Source: Squalus acanthias
Lineage: Eukaryota
Length of the DNA stretch: 64,000 nt
Direction of reading: 5' to 3'
Assembly (NCBI GenBank): GCA_030390025.1
Contig: JASTWF010000808.1
Location: forward strand, 1 to 64,000
In this document: piece by piece, positions 61,625 to 64,000 of the stretch
Layout of the letters: every line of letters begins with the position of its first letter
How positions within the stretch are numbered: position 1 is the first letter of the stretch
The notes under the pieces: generated by a model
Told to the model about the DNA's origin: nothing
The model's database searches: none
What the model saw: the letters and a program-made list of their open reading frames with translations, nothing else
Position numbers and translations under genes: made by a program

Positions 61625-61671
61625 TATATCTTTAGTCATCCAGGGAGCTCTAGCTTTGGATGCCCTTCCTT

Positions 61672-62800
61672 TCCCTTGGGGGCAAGGTATTGACTTGGAT
61701 AGAGAACTGGTTGGCAGACAGAAAGCAAAGAGTTGGAATAAACGGGTCTTTTTCCGAGTGGCAGGCAGTGACTAGTGGGGTACCACAGGGATCAGTCCTT
61801 GGACCCCAGCTATTCACAATATATATTAATGATCTAGACAAGTGAACTAGATGTAATATCTCCAAGTTTGCAGACGACACAAAACTGGGTGGGCGTGTGT
61901 GCTGCGAGGAGGATGCCGAGAAACTCCAGGATGATTTGCACAGGTTGGGTGATTGGGCAGAAGCATGACAGATGCAATATAACGTGGATAAATGCGAGGT
62001 TATCCACTTTGGTGTCAAAAACAGAAAGGCAGATTATTATCTGAACGGCAATAGATTGGGAGAAGGGGAAGTGCAACGAGACCTGGGTGTCCTTGTGCAC
62101 CAGTCGCTGAAGGTAAGTATGCAGGTGCAGCAGGCGGTTAAGAAGGCAAATGGTATGTTGGCCTTCATAGCGAGAGGGTTTGAGTACAGGGACAAGGATA
62201 TCTTGCTGCAGTTGTACAGGGCCTTGGTGAGACCACACCTTGAGTACTGTGTGCAGTTTTGGTCGCCTTATCTGAGGAAGGATGTTCTTGCCATGGAAGG
62301 AGTTCAGCGAAGATTCACAAGGCTGATACCTGGGATGGCAGGAATGACGTATGAAGAGAGATTGGGTCAATTGGGCTTATACTCGCTGGAGTTTAGAAGA
62401 ATGAGAGGGGATCTCATTGAAACTTATAAAATTCTGACAGGACAGGACAAACTAGATGCAGGAAGGATGTTCCCGATGGTCGGGGAGTCCAGAACCAGGG
62501 GTCACAGTCTAAGGATAAGGGGTAAGCCATTTAGGACAGAAATGAGGAGAAATTTCTTCACCCCAGAGAGTGGTGAACCTGTGGAATTCTCTCCACAGAA
62601 GGCAGGAGAGGCCAATTCATTAAATAGATTAAAGAAGGAGTTGGATATATTTCTTAAGGCTAAAGGGACCAAGGGATATGGGGAGAAAGCAGGGACAGGG
62701 TACTGAATTTGGATGATCAGCCATGATCGCATTGAATGGCGGAGCAGGCTAGAGGGGCCGAATGGTCTACTCTTGCTCCTATCTTCTATGATTCTATGAT
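61672..62800 (+). mobile_element. CR1 LINE 3' fragment (same subfamily as the nested 53021-55078 copy)
   Basis: [13 protein letters not shown], long RT C-terminal frame, (attctatg) tail. Confidence 0.92.
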
Positions 62801-63458
62801 TCCCCGTCATGGGAATATGTCTAGTCTGTACCTGAACTATCTCCTCTTTGAAGGCCTCCCAGTGCTCATTTACTGATATGGCTGATTCAGTTTAGCTTCT
62901 GGTCAATGGGGACCCACCAGGATATTGATGGTGAAGGACTCCGTGATGGTGGTGCCTTTGAAGGTCAAGGGGAGGTGTCTAGGTTTTCTCTTATTTGAGA
63001 TGGTAATTACCTGGCATGTATGTGACATGAATGTTGCCCATCACTTACCAGCCCAAGCCTGGATGTTACCAGGACCTGCTATAGGCTGGCATGAGCTGCT
63101 TCATTATTGGAGAAGTTGTGAATGAAGCTGAACACTGGAATCAGCAGTCAGCGGCCTCACTCCTGACTTTGCTAGACCTGTTTTATGGAGATCTTTTCCC
63201 ACAGGTTGTTGCTGACAGCAGCTATTCCATTTGTGATGAGAAAAAGGCTCAGTATGAGAATACCAATGGGCTTCAAATGAAATGGGAAAATTAAAGGAGG
63301 ACGAGATCAAGCAAAGAAAACAGGCACATCTGATTGTACCTCAAGCACCTGGCACCCACTTTTCATCATCCCAGGAAACAAGTCTTCTGACATAGACACA
63401 CCTCTTTGGACATATCTAAAGAGCCCTACCTTCACCCTCTCTGCTTCCAAGTGAGGTT

Positions 63459-64000
63459 AGAACATAAGAAATAGGAGTAGGTCATTCGGCCCCTCGAGCC
63501 TGCTCCACCATTCAATAAGATCATGGCTGATCTTCTACCTAACTCCACTTTCCTGCACTATCCCCACATCCCTTGATTCCCTTAATATCCAAAAATCTAT
63601 CGATCTCTGTCTTGAATATACTCAACGACTGAGCCTCCACAACCCTCTGGGGTAGAGAATTCCAAAGATTCACCACCCTCTGAGTGAAGAAATTTCTCCT
63701 CATCTCAGTCCTAAATGGCTGATCCCTTATTCTGAGACTGTGACCCCTAGTTCTAGACTTCCCAGCCAGGGGAAACATCCTCCCTGCATCTACCCTGTCA
63801 AGCCCTGTAAGAATTTTGTATATTTCAATGAGATCACCTATCATTCTTCTAAACTCTAGAGAATATAGGCCTAGTCTACTCAATCTCTCCTCATAGGACA
63901 ATCCCCCATCCCAGGAAACAGTCTGGTGAACCTTCGTTGCACTCCCTCTACAGCAAGTATATCCTTCCTTAGGTAAGGAGACCAAAACTGTACACAATAC
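63459..64000 (-). mobile_element. CR1 LINE 3' end (continues beyond the window)
   Basis: RRMIGDLIEIYKI..FFTQRVVNLWNSLP and tail. Confidence 0.92.

Noticed and set aside
1-64000. MHC class II beta gene or other MHC-region genes
   Set aside because: No beta1/beta2 or other Ig-domain exons were recognised on either strand, though small exons of other genes could have been missed by eye.

Overview
Eukaryotic, repeat-dense genomic DNA, most consistent with a cartilaginous fish (shark). The only intact host gene I can support is an MHC class II alpha-chain gene on the + strand. It has four coding exons (24491-24557, 30195-30443, 40364-40645, 41755-41900; 247 aa), an X-Y promoter module at 24296-24338 and a probable non-coding last exon near 46291-46690. 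No class II beta partner is visible. The rest is mobile and repetitive DNA: many CR1 LINEs (one near full length, several nested), two Penelope-like RT+GIY-YIG elements, an RTE LINE with a ~109-bp target duplication, PIF/Harbinger remnants and MITEs, SINEs, LTR/gag/env-like remnants, a truncated histone H2B copy fused to a CR1 tail, and several minisatellites. The most notable observations are: (i) five minimal hammerhead-ribozyme-like motifs on Penelope ends and on solo ~140-bp derivatives; (ii) the same in-frame TAG between RT and endonuclease in both Penelope copies; (iii) a local direct+inverted duplication that shows filled and empty sites for both Penelope insertions; (iv) an intron-1 minisatellite that resembles the gene's own leader exon plus its splice donor. 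Everything was read by eye: transposon boundaries are approximate and family names come from motif recognition, not database searches.
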